A stretch of DNA of 64,000 bases from Pachysolen tannophilus NRRL Y-2460 (Eukaryota). Of this stretch, positions 13,173 through 23,721 are shown piece by piece. Position 1 is the first letter of the stretch, and each line of letters begins with the position of its first letter. The translations under genes and the position numbers were made by a program. The notes beneath the pieces are model-generated. The model was not told the DNA's origin, did no database searches, and saw only the letters and a list, made by a program, of their open reading frames with translations. The stretch covers positions 425,061-489,060 of the forward strand of contig KV454017.1 in NCBI GenBank assembly GCA_001661245.1, given 5' to 3'.

Positions 13173-14258
13173 TTACATAATAATTTGTTCGTGTTCAACG
13201 TTTGATGAAATTGTCTTATGAGGCAAGACTTTACCTCCATTAACGTAAACTTCATCTTTAACTTCGACATCATCACCAAGAACACTGACACCATCCAATC
13301 TTGCCCATTCACCAACTGTGGAGTTCCAGCCAACAATTGTTGATTTAATCAAAGCATGATTTTTAATGATTGAACTTTTCAAAATAACAGATCTTTGAAT
13401 TCTAACACCATCACCAACAACAACATTTGGACCAATTACAACATTTGGACCAATTTTACAATCTTTACCAATTTTAGCAGAAGGATCAATCAAAACATTA
13501 CCAACAATATATGAACCTTTTGCTAAAAATTCTGGTTTTTTCTTTGCTAAAGAAGTTAAATATAAGCAAGTACCAGAAAGGAAATCTTTTGGTTGACCAA
13601 CATCCATCCAAAAACCTTCTAAATCAAATGAATATAATGATCTATTTTCAACTAATAATGGGAAAGTTTCTTTTTCAATTGAAGTTGGTTTTAATTCAAT
13701 TAAATCAATAACTTCTGGATTTAAAATATATAAACCAGCATTAATTCTATTTCCAACAAATTCAACTGGTTTTTCAACAAATCTATCAATCAAATTTGGA
13801 GTATCTCTATCATGAACAATAACACCATATTTAGAAGGTTCATCAACTTTAGTAGCAACAATTGTACCAGCACCACCATGAGCCTTATGGAAAGCAGCCA
13901 ATTCAGCAAATGGATATTCACAAATAACATCAGAATTTAAAACAAAAAATGGAGAATTATCCTTCTTTAAAACTTTTTCAGCCAATTTTAAAGGACCTGC
14001 AGTACCTAATGGTTCAGTTTCAACTGAAAATGTAATACTAACACCATATTCTTCTTCATATTTTTTCAAAGTAGAAACCATAACTTCTGGTCTATAATTA
14101 ACAGCTAAAACTATATCAGTAACACCAGCAGCAGCTAAAGCTTCAATTTGATGTAAAATCATTGGTCTATTACCAAATTCCACCAAAGGTTTTGGAACAG
14201 AAAGAGTTAATGGTCTCAAACGTGTACCATAACCACCAACTAAAATTAAACCTTTCAT
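13173..14258 (-). CDS. PSA1: Mannose-1-phosphate guanylyltransferase
   Basis: [28 protein letters not shown] start; hexapeptide-repeat C-terminus ending IIM. Confidence 0.97.
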   Translation of the reverse strand: MKGLILVGGYGTRLRPLTLSVPKPLVEFGNRPMILHQIEALAAAGVTDIVLAVNYRPEVMVSTLKKYEEEYGVSITFSVETEPLGTAGPLKLAEKVLKKDNSPFFVLNSDVICEYPFAELAAFHKAHGGAGTIVATKVDEPSKYGVIVHDRDTPNLIDRFVEKPVEFVGNRINAGLYILNPEVIDLIELKPTSIEKETFPLLVENRSLYSFDLEGFWMDVGQPKDFLSGTCLYLTSLAKKKPEFLAKGSYIVGNVLIDPSAKIGKDCKIGPNVVIGPNVVVGDGVRIQRSVILKSSIIKNHALIKSTIVGWNSTVGEWARLDGVSVLGDDVEVKDEVYVNGGKVLPHKTISSNVEHEQIIM

Positions 14259-15585
14259 TTTAAATTATTTTTACTTTATTACTTTATTTTATAATAACTA
14301 TAAGTTACACCAAACCAAAAAAAAATTAATAAATCTTTAAATTTAGAAAAAGAATTTTACTTTCTTTTACTTTTTTTCGTTTTCTAAAATTTTCCAATTA
14401 GAATTATTAATACCTAGAAATTAGGTCAAAGAGAGAAAAAAATAAAATATACTATTAAAACTTTAAGAGGGAATATACTTTTATTTATATAGAGTTATGG
14501 AAAATTTCAGTGGAGAACATTTCTTTTTTCGAAGTCAAAAGGCAAAAATTTTGAACAGCGCATACAAAAAAAAAAAATAAAAAAATAAAAAAATAAAAAA
14601 AATAAAAGTAAAAGTTGAAATTCAGCCCAAAAAAAAAAATAAAAAAAAAAAAAAAGTAAGTAAGTAATAAGAAATCGTATGTTTCCACATTCCAAACTCT
14701 AGATGAGAGAGATCATTTCTTATTACTTTTCTTACCTTTCTTAACAATCGAAAGTTTGAGTTTGAACCTTTTATTTTTTTTTTCTTTGTTTATTCTGATT
14801 TATAGACCTTAGTGTTAGTAGGAACTGCCCTGTTGTGAATACGGAATTTTATGCTGAGTTTTTCTTTGCCCAGAAGCGGCGGCGGCGCGCCTTTACTAAA
14901 TTCTTTTTTTTTTTGGAAATCGCTAGTTAATTTCTTTCAGGTGAAACGCGTTGTGTTTTTACTTTTCTGGAATAAATAATTTTTTTATAAGAGGCTGTTG
15001 CTGCTAGTAATGCAGGGTCAAATTCATCTTTTTATTCTGTAGTTTACTAACCATTTTTAACTAGTATTATTGAGATGACTCTCCACGTTCTATTTATTGT
15101 CTTTTGATAGTAGAATTCTTATTGTGTACACGTTAAAAATTTTGTATTACCACGTTGCATACCGGGTTCTAGGTATGAGATAAGACCATAAAATGAAACT
15201 GAGAAACTGAGAAACTGAGAAACAAAGAAACAAAGAAACCGGGTAAGTAAAATAAAAGTAAAAGTAAATTGAGAAAAATAAATTCAAGTGTTATTTTATT
15301 ATTCATTAAAGTTTTGAAATTTCATTTAATAAACTGGTTCTGTTAAAATGAATAGTACCGCGATGATAACTTGCATGAAAACTATCAAATTTTTCCGGTG
15401 CATACATAATAATATAAAGAAAATCCTTGATCATATATATATATATATATATATTAGACTACTCATTTTTACTCTAAAGTCTTGATCTACAAACAATTGT
15501 GATGATTGGAACAGAAAATATTTAAAAAAAATAGTAATTTCATTATTTATTCGTCACTCATACATATTTTAACTTTTTCTCGTAC

Positions 15586-16842
15586 TTAGTCAAGAGATAA
15601 ACCCAAAGCCTCTCTTTGGGACTTGGAATTAGGATCAAAATAAAGAACATCACCTAAACTGGTGACTCTATTCGCATGTCTCTTTGTCTTTGCTTCTTCA
15701 TCATTGTAATCAGCAACAGCAACATGCTGTGAAACTCTATTATCCCATATAGCAGAAGCTCCTAAACCTGGTTTATCCTGTTGCCAACTGATTCGAACTT
15801 GAATATCCAAGTTTTTCTCATAAACATCATATAAATAATTTAAAATCAAATCTGATTCTGCTGGTTCCAAACCAACAATTCTTAAAGAAAGTGATCTATT
15901 AACATTTAATGATTTCCAACCAGTAACAGGATGAGTATGAACCAAAGGATGTTCTCTCTCAATATATTGGGGACCATCAAAGACTTGATCACCATGTTTA
16001 TAATAAGTATGTGCAGATCTTTGAATAACAGTCTTACCATCAACAAATTTTTGTAATGCTGGTGAAAGCTTATCATATGCAGCATAACCACTTGTGAAAC
16101 AAGTATCACCACCAATCTCTGGAATTGAATCCAAATGTAAATGAGTAATACCAGCAGGTGTAAATTCATGAACTAAATCAGTATGCCAACCTGAATTAAT
16201 ACCCTTTTGATATTGTTGTAAATATTTGGCACGATTATACTTGTTCCAAACTGTAGTAATACCTGGATAACCTGGAACATGACCTTGAATTGGATGAACT
16301 TCAACTCTACCATAATATTTACCAATTTCTAATTGTCTTTGTGGTGATAAATCTTGTTCCCTAAAGACAACAACAACTCTTTCAGCTACCAACAAAGCCA
16401 ATTCATCTAATTGCTTTTCACTCAAATCTTCAAGTTGAACACCAACAATCTCAGTACCAATATGTTTAGTTAAATCACGAACTTCCTTAGCAGCACCAAA
16501 TAATGCCTTCTTCTCAGGGTCTGCATTTTTACCTCTTTCAACATAATTTTCTGGACGATCATTTCTAATCTTATATGCCTCTTCCAAATATCTTGGAATA
16601 TGCAGAGGTCTTTCTGGATAACCTCTAGAAAGATCAATATTATATTTAGCAAATCTTTTCCTAGTTGCTTCTGGAAGTGCCTCTACAGGTTGTGCATCAC
16701 CAAAACCTTCTTTTGCACCTTCATGATTAACTTTTAAATAGTTTTCAGGAATTTCAAATAATCCAGAAGCCCTAATGGTGGTTGGGTTTTCATACTTATT
16801 CACGATATCTTCAACCGTGGCTGTTGAAGTTTGAGTACTCAT
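15586..16842 (-). CDS. TauD-family alpha-ketoglutarate-dependent sulfonate dioxygenase (Jlp1-like)
   Basis: IGTEIVGVQL, WHTD (HxD), GGDT, HPLVHTHPVTGWKSL and WDNRVSQH motifs. Confidence 0.9.
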   Translation of the reverse strand: MSTQTSTATVEDIVNKYENPTTIRASGLFEIPENYLKVNHEGAKEGFGDAQPVEALPEATRKRFAKYNIDLSRGYPERPLHIPRYLEEAYKIRNDRPENYVERGKNADPEKKALFGAAKEVRDLTKHIGTEIVGVQLEDLSEKQLDELALLVAERVVVVFREQDLSPQRQLEIGKYYGRVEVHPIQGHVPGYPGITTVWNKYNRAKYLQQYQKGINSGWHTDLVHEFTPAGITHLHLDSIPEIGGDTCFTSGYAAYDKLSPALQKFVDGKTVIQRSAHTYYKHGDQVFDGPQYIEREHPLVHTHPVTGWKSLNVNRSLSLRIVGLEPAESDLILNYLYDVYEKNLDIQVRISWQQDKPGLGASAIWDNRVSQHVAVADYNDEEAKTKRHANRVTSLGDVLYFDPNSKSQREALGLSLD

Positions 16843-17044
16843 CTCTAAAGATTTTTATTAATAGCAAAAACTGCAAAAAATTGAATTATAGATAGTTATT
16901 GTAAAAAATGATTTACGATATAATCTGAATAAATTAAATTATTTGAATTGAAAAAAAAAAAAAAAACTCATAATTCAGAAGAAATCTTCTACATTTATAT
17001 TACTAGTATTATTAATCAAACATCACTAATAAAAGCCATGGTTT

Positions 17045-17157
17045 CCACATTACTTGATTAATCCTTCTTTCAATATCAATTAAGTAAACGGATAACTGAT
17101 CACAATGAAAAATGTGGAAAGTTGGTTTAGTTAAAGTTATAAGGTGAGCCACAGCTT
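17045..17157. promoter_or_regulatory. Three Met31/Met32-like TGTGG sites upstream of the sulfonate dioxygenase
   Basis: ccacatt 17045-17051, aaaaatgtgg 17108-17117 and ccacagctt 17149-17157 resemble AAACTGTGG. Confidence 0.4.
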
Positions 17158-17560
17158 CCTCTATAGTAGTTTTCAAGTTGCTTGCACTACAAAATTAATT
17201 TTTCACTTTTAATAGCTGAAGATATTGAATACATTACATTACATTGCGACCGACGACATGATATGAGGAAGTTTGTAGAAAAAAAAAGGGAAAAGATTGA
17301 TCTAAGATAAGACCTTTGCCGATGAACATACGATTTCTATTATTGAAAGATAACTTTTGATTATTATTAACATACGATGCAAGATAGAAAACACACAGTA
17401 AAACAAAACAAAAAAACAAAAAACTTGAAAATTGACAAAAAAATTGAAAATAAGTTTCAATAGTGGCTTTTCATTAGTGTAAGATTGTAATTAGATTGCA
17501 ATTAGAACTCATTAAGAGAAAGTTTTATGAATCAAACGATGATAATTGCACATTTTTTCT

Positions 17561-18253
17561 TTATTGGCTTCTATTTAATTCTGCTAGGAGATCAAAGGTG
17601 CTATGACAGCTAACACTATTTTTCTTATTCCCATTATTACCATTACTCTTTCTTGTTGATTGTTTCGTTGTATCAATCCACCCTGAATTGTCGTTTATTG
17701 TCCACCCATGATAATGTTTTACATTTGATTTGGAATTTTTGGATAGGGCTTCGATATTTTGAAATCTTTCTTTTAAGAAACTGGATATTTCCTCAGCATT
17801 AAAACTACTATTTGGTTTATTACTGTTATTATTAGCAGGAAGTTTCTGATTTCCCGTAGCAGGACTCCTTTGTCTATTTTCGTCTCTTGAATGTTGTTGT
17901 TGTTGTTGTTGCATTTTGAGGACTGCCTGCGATTTTGCTGTTGCCGCAGCTAAAGGTGGACTAGTAGCAGATGATGAATTGGAAACAGTAGCTTTTGCCG
18001 CAACCTCAGCCCAGCCGCCACTTTTACCAGATGGTTTGGGTGGTGTTGTGTGAGCCGATGACGAAGAGGAGGCCGAAGAAAAAGCTGTATTTGTTGCCGC
18101 CGATGAGTTTGAAGTGGCTACTGGCTTATTATTATTATTATTATTATTATTATTGCTATTGCTATTGGTATTGGCGGTTGATGATTTCCTGGAATGTCCC
18201 AATGGGAAACCACTATTATTACTATTACTCTTTTTATTTGTCACTGAAGGCAT
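17561..18253 (-). CDS. Hypothetical low-complexity (N/S/Q-rich) protein
   Basis: 230-aa ATG ORF with a short ordered segment FNAEEISSFLKERF; no family recognised. Confidence 0.7.
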   Translation of the reverse strand: MPSVTNKKSNSNNSGFPLGHSRKSSTANTNSNSNNNNNNNNNKPVATSNSSAATNTAFSSASSSSSAHTTPPKPSGKSGGWAEVAAKATVSNSSSATSPPLAAATAKSQAVLKMQQQQQQHSRDENRQRSPATGNQKLPANNNSNKPNSSFNAEEISSFLKERFQNIEALSKNSKSNVKHYHGWTINDNSGWIDTTKQSTRKSNGNNGNKKNSVSCHSTFDLLAELNRSQ

Positions 18254-18871
18254 GATTTAGTTGGTATAAATATTGGATTCGAAAACAATGAATAAAATGA
18301 AAACTTTTCAGTTGGATAATTTTTTAACTTTCTCTTTTTTTTTTCTTTTTCTTTTTTTCTTATATTTGCAAGATAATTAAAATAAATTGCTTATAAAATT
18401 ATCAATCTAATTTATTTTTTTAATTCTTTTTGAAAAGAAAGACTTGGAATTTCCCCAACTCTCACTTGATTACAATGATTGAAATATTTCAATCAATATT
18501 GATCAATATTAACCAAAATTAAAAAGAAACTAAAAAGGTGATGAAACGCTTTTTTGATGGAGATTCAAAGTTTTCCATATTAACAATTGAGGAAATGCAC
18601 ACTACCAGAACAAAACGCATAAACTGCTTAACGAGATGCATATTTCATAGATCTGGTCTGTTGGAATGCGTTTGATTTTGTATTCTGTTGATGGTGTAGT
18701 TGTTGAAAGATGGAAATGTATTTAACTGAAGAGTTGTTGAGATTTATATTTGTAATAATAACTTTTTTTTCTTTGCTTTTTTCTTTTTATGTGTGTGTGT
18801 TTTCTTTTGTGTGCGTTGCTATTATGATTATGCAGTTGGGTTTTACAAGCAAAAGAAGAAAGAGACATTGC

Positions 18872-19141
18872 ATGTTAGCTATTGTTAAATCTGGAGTTGT
18901 GTTCAGTGCTCAACAGGTTAATAGTTTGAGTGATAAAGAGTTTCAGGAGTTGACGAATTATAACACGAAGAAGAATTATGAAAATGCAGTTGCGTTGAAG
19001 GCAACTAATGCAAATGCCAATATTAAATTAAATGAAGAACTGGAAAAATGGTCGCTGGTGCAAGATGAAAATTATTGTGATTTTACAAGTTCAAACTTTT
19101 CTACAACAAGTCATATGGGGAAAAAAGTATGTTTTGTATGA
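18872..19141 (+). CDS. Possible small hypothetical protein (89 aa)
   Basis: 3' part of ORF 18710-19141, from ATG 18872 (MLAIVKSG...), has protein-like composition; the 5' part is T-rich and looks non-coding. Confidence 0.3.
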   Translation: MLAIVKSGVVFSAQQVNSLSDKEFQELTNYNTKKNYENAVALKATNANANIKLNEELEKWSLVQDENYCDFTSSNFSTTSHMGKKVCFV

Positions 19142-19343
19142 GTGCCATGTAGTGTGTGTTTTATTTTTATTTTTGTTCAAATGGTTCTATAAAATTATTG
19201 AAACAAAAGTGCAAAAAAAAAAAGATGATGGTAATAATACCTCTGTGTATTTGTATTTCATTTAATTTTTGTTTTTTTGTTTTTTGATAGATTGAAAAAA
19301 TAAAATGATTTGTGATTATATATGACTATTCTTTTTCTTTTTC

Positions 19344-20792
19344 TTAAAATACTATGAAACCTCGTTTAACCCAAATTAGTTTCCAGCAAATGAAAACAAT
19401 TACCATGCTTAAAAACATTCCTCCTGAAATCAATAAAAAAGTCAGACTTAAGCAATTATAAGCTTTATCAGAACCAATATGTAACTGACAATACCTATCA
19501 AATCTGAAACCGTATAACAAGCCATAAAAAATGGATCCAAGAGAAGGTGATAACATGAATAGACCCCATGTACTTCCAAAGATTTCAACACCCCAAATGT
19601 TAGCTAATATAGTTGGATATAATGTAAATACACCACCATATGAAGTACCAAACAATGCAGATATAATGGTAAAATTATTGTAGTTTAAACTTATCAAAAT
19701 TGAACCTACAATACCACATATTAATATAAAAGCTAACAAGTAAACACGACATATAGGATACTTATTAAGATTACTTAATAAATCTGAAAGACCCCCCATT
19801 ATTAATCTAGTCAAAGTTGATGCCGTAGCATGTACCGAGACCTGAGTAGAAATATCTACTTGAGTTTCAACTCCAATAACAGATATTAATGAACCCATAT
19901 TAGTTATAAACATTTCTAAAGGTCCAATACATAAAAATAATGACGCTAAAAGCAAATACATTGATTTATCTTTTAAAAAATTTTTAAATTTTAATTTATG
20001 ATCAATAACCAAATTTTCATCAGGTACTGGATCTAAATCATCTGTTAATAAAGGAGTTTGCTCTGTAGTGGATAATTGAGAAGTTGTTTGATTGCTAAAT
20101 ATGATATCTCTTTCAATTGATACTATAGCAGAGGAAACCCAATTAAAAGCACTTAGGGCAAAATATAAAATACTGAAAAATGTAAATAATTTATAAATAT
20201 CCAATTCATAATCATCTTTAGTATTTGGAATTTTTTTTTGGAAAATATCAAGCTTTGTTAATTGGGAAAGAATCAAAGAACTTAAACCATAACATGTTAC
20301 AGGTGCACTAATCGATAAACCTTTATAATCAGGGTATATCTTGGCACAACTCAATAAAGATGAAAAATATAATGCAGATGTAGCACAACCAATCATCAGG
20401 TACGAAAAACACATATACCAATAACTAAGATTATTTTGGAAAGTAAAAGCAGCAACATAATACCCAGGACAAAATAGTATCATACTTATAACAGCTAATA
20501 GAACTGGACCATGCAAATCTGCCAAGTAACCAAGTAATGGTAACGGCAGATACATTCCTAACGCTATAAAACTTCCAATTAAATTTATAGTAATTTGACT
20601 ATACCCCAAATTTTTGGTGAAATATGGCGTGAACAACGATATTATTAACACTGACCCAGCAAATAAACATGTAAATAACGATATTATAAACGCAGCCTTC
20701 TTCAACTTGCTCACAGTGAAATTCGATATCAAAAAGATTCGAATATGATGCGTTAATGCTTTCTCTAAACTGGATATAGCCATCTTGTACAT
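19344..20792 (-). CDS. MCH1: MFS transporter Mch1
   Basis: About 12 hydrophobic segments; GMYLPLPLLGYLADLHGP, LEMFITNMGS and FGSTWG motifs. Confidence 0.85.
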   Translation of the reverse strand: MYKMAISSLEKALTHHIRIFLISNFTVSKLKKAAFIISLFTCLFAGSVLIISLFTPYFTKNLGYSQITINLIGSFIALGMYLPLPLLGYLADLHGPVLLAVISMILFCPGYYVAAFTFQNNLSYWYMCFSYLMIGCATSALYFSSLLSCAKIYPDYKGLSISAPVTCYGLSSLILSQLTKLDIFQKKIPNTKDDYELDIYKLFTFFSILYFALSAFNWVSSAIVSIERDIIFSNQTTSQLSTTEQTPLLTDDLDPVPDENLVIDHKLKFKNFLKDKSMYLLLASLFLCIGPLEMFITNMGSLISVIGVETQVDISTQVSVHATASTLTRLIMGGLSDLLSNLNKYPICRVYLLAFILICGIVGSILISLNYNNFTIISALFGTSYGGVFTLYPTILANIWGVEIFGSTWGLFMLSPSLGSIFYGLLYGFRFDRYCQLHIGSDKAYNCLSLTFLLISGGMFLSMVIVFICWKLIWVKRGFIVF

Positions 20793-21349
20793 GTATTTCT
20801 TTATACAAAAATTTCAACTTCTTTAAACCTCTTTCTCAATTCTCCCAACAAATTAATACCAACTATCTTATAAAACAGCCTTGACAAACACAAGAAATCC
20901 AATAGCTTCTCTTCACTAGGCTTCCAAAATCATATATATATATATATATTTATATATATATGAAAAAAACGATTATTTCTATTCCAGCTAAAAATTGGTA
21001 TTTTTTGTTTTCATTTAAGAAAACGAGAAGAAAAGAAAAAAGTAAAATAAAATAAAAATATTTAAAAATATTTAAAAACGCCAATTTAGACGCCGATTCG
21101 ATTATTTTTCATTAGAGGGACTGATTTGTTATCTGTTGATGCTTCTTCTTCGTAACTGAAGTGAAGTAACTGCAGGTAAATAGAATAGAGTAGGAGGAAT
21201 AAGAAAAGTTGAAAAGATCGGGGGAAGGAAGCATTAAAGGTGAAGAAGCGTTTTTTGTTTTGGCAAAGATAAGAAGAAGGTTTTTTTGTTTGTTTATAAA
21301 CTCATCAGTGATATAGATTGCATTTTGTATTTGTTTGTTGAAAAATAGA

Positions 21350-23167
21350 ATGGTTGAATTTGGAGCTAAGAAATCACGCGTGAAATTAAGTTTTTATGAT
21401 GATTGTTTTAATGGGAAACTCGATAGTATGGAGATGGTTTTAGATCCAATAGCATTTAGATTAAGGTATATCGGTCGTTTGTTAAACAAACGAATACGAG
21501 TATCAACAAGAATTTCGATACGTATTTGGGCAGTTTTGGCCTTGTTAATTATTAGTGCTGTTGTAATGATTACCAAGATAGTACACCATCTGAATAATGT
21601 TGGTACTACCACTACGATTATTGATATAAATATGGATAATTCATTTTTAACTACTCTGGATTTGAAAAAATTGCCAATACCTCAAAGACCTATAAGATCC
21701 GAGATAGATTCTGTTTTTTATGATGGTTGTGTTAAACCTGATGTTTCTCAACCTAGGAAAAAAGCAGCACTTGTGGTTTTAGCAAGGAATGATGAGATAG
21801 AAGGTGTTATTAATTCAATGAAGTCCCTTGAGAGACATTTTAATCAGTGGTTTAAATACCCATGGATTTTTCTTAATGATGAAGAATTCACAACTCTGTT
21901 TAGGAGAACCGTTAGAAAACATACTTCTGCAAAAGTTTCATTTGGCGTTATACCTAAAAAAGAATGGGATTTTTCCAATGAAAATGAAGAAGTTATGGAA
22001 CATATTAAAAATCAAGGAGATAGAGGAATTATGTACGGACAACTTCAGAGCTATCATAAGATGTGCAGATTTTATTCAATGTATTTTTATAAACATCCAT
22101 TGGTTCAAAAATTGGATTGGTATTGGAGAGTTGAACCGGATGTTGAGTTTTACTGTGATTTGACTTATGATCCATTTGTTGAAATGGAAAAACATAATAA
22201 ATCTTATGGATTCACAGTTATCATCAAAGAATTAATTGACACAGTACCGAACTTATTCAGATATACAAGAAGCTTTATTAAGGAAAATGGTATAGAATTA
22301 CCAGATTCTTGGAAATTATTCATCAAAGATTTGAATTTTTATGAAGGAATTAATAAAGAATATTATAAAGGTGTTGAAAGTGTCCCTGAATTAATACGAA
22401 AGGCTGAAGTAAAGGCAAAGATTGATTATTTGACCAGTATTAAGGAAGATACAAGTATTGATGAATCACTGTTAAATTTATTAGCAAAGCAAACTACTGA
22501 AGCATGGTTACCTAAAATTAAGAAAGACATGTTTGATTTAGAAGAGTATAACTTGTGTCATTTTTGGTCAAATTTTGAAATTGCTAGAACAGATTTATTT
22601 TTAAGCAATGAGTACCAACTGTATTTTGATTTTTTGGAGAAAAGTGGTGGGTTTTATAAGGAAAGATGGGGTGATGCTCCAATCCATTCCTTAGCTGTTG
22701 GAATGTTTTTAAATTTTTCTGATATCCACTATTTCAGAGATATAGGTTATAAGCATTCAACTTTGGGACATTGTCCATTGAACTCACTGAATCCAGATCA
22801 GGCACCATATACTCCCTCAGCTCAGTATCGCAAAAATAAATTCCTATACAATAAACAAAATGAACTGTACTGGTCAAAATATGATATAAACACGAACAAA
22901 GACGTCGGTATTGGATGTCGATGCCGTTGTCCATCCGATTTCAATGAAATTGAAAATTCTGCAGGTTCATGTATGGGCCAATGGATCAATTTAACTAGGG
23001 ACAAGAAAAATAATTCAGATAGAAGAAAATTGGATATGGATAAAATCGAGTTTGAGATTAAACAGCAGTATGCTCAAAGTTTGAAAAGTGGTCAAAAGAA
23101 TTGGAAGCTAACTTCTGCCGATATTAGACGGTTAAGTCAGGAAAGAGTCGATGAACCATTTTTTTGA
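21350..23167 (+). CDS. GT15 alpha-1,2-mannosyltransferase, Ktr5/Ktr7 type
   Basis: Type II TM anchor; SYHKMCRFYS, YWRVEPDV, YNLCHFWSNFEIA and ERWGDAPIHS motifs; start could be 21350, 21428 or 21434. Confidence 0.92.
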   Translation: MVEFGAKKSRVKLSFYDDCFNGKLDSMEMVLDPIAFRLRYIGRLLNKRIRVSTRISIRIWAVLALLIISAVVMITKIVHHLNNVGTTTTIIDINMDNSFLTTLDLKKLPIPQRPIRSEIDSVFYDGCVKPDVSQPRKKAALVVLARNDEIEGVINSMKSLERHFNQWFKYPWIFLNDEEFTTLFRRTVRKHTSAKVSFGVIPKKEWDFSNENEEVMEHIKNQGDRGIMYGQLQSYHKMCRFYSMYFYKHPLVQKLDWYWRVEPDVEFYCDLTYDPFVEMEKHNKSYGFTVIIKELIDTVPNLFRYTRSFIKENGIELPDSWKLFIKDLNFYEGINKEYYKGVESVPELIRKAEVKAKIDYLTSIKEDTSIDESLLNLLAKQTTEAWLPKIKKDMFDLEEYNLCHFWSNFEIARTDLFLSNEYQLYFDFLEKSGGFYKERWGDAPIHSLAVGMFLNFSDIHYFRDIGYKHSTLGHCPLNSLNPDQAPYTPSAQYRKNKFLYNKQNELYWSKYDINTNKDVGIGCRCRCPSDFNEIENSAGSCMGQWINLTRDKKNNSDRRKLDMDKIEFEIKQQYAQSLKSGQKNWKLTSADIRRLSQERVDEPFF

Positions 23168-23721
23168 GCAATTTAAAGCTGAGGATATGAATAAGTTTCA
23201 AAAATATTGAGCGTTAAAAATTACCTTTCGATAGATTTTTTTTGTAATTATTTTTCTTTTTTCGTTGTACTCATATCGCTTTATTTTTTTTTTTTTTGTT
23301 GTTGTTAATGTTGGTACCTGGTACCTAGATTTCAAATTGTATTCATTATTCTTTAATTTTTTTTTTCATTGGGCGTTTCAAATTTTAGATATTACAAAAT
23401 TTTAATTATTCCGTTTTTTAAATCGATTCCTTTATTTAAATAAATTAAATAGTTGAAGGCTTTACCTGTATTTTAACTTTTTTTCGTTGAAAAAAAAAAA
23501 AAAATAAAATAAAATAAAATAGAATAAAGCATGATAATTTAAAAAAGTAACAAAGAGTTTTACGAATGAAGAGCCGTGCTCAAAGCCTTTTCTTTTATAG
23601 GGAAAAACTGCTTCATTCCAAGGAATGACAAAAGAACAAAATAATTTACCAATTAAAAAAATATATAGGGAATCCAATTTTTCGAGAATGTATAATTGCT
23701 TTAGTCTTCGTGATTTTTAAA

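Noticed and set aside
14946..14951. MCB element ACGCGT upstream of PSA1
   Set aside because: Single hexamer about 690 bp away; insufficient support
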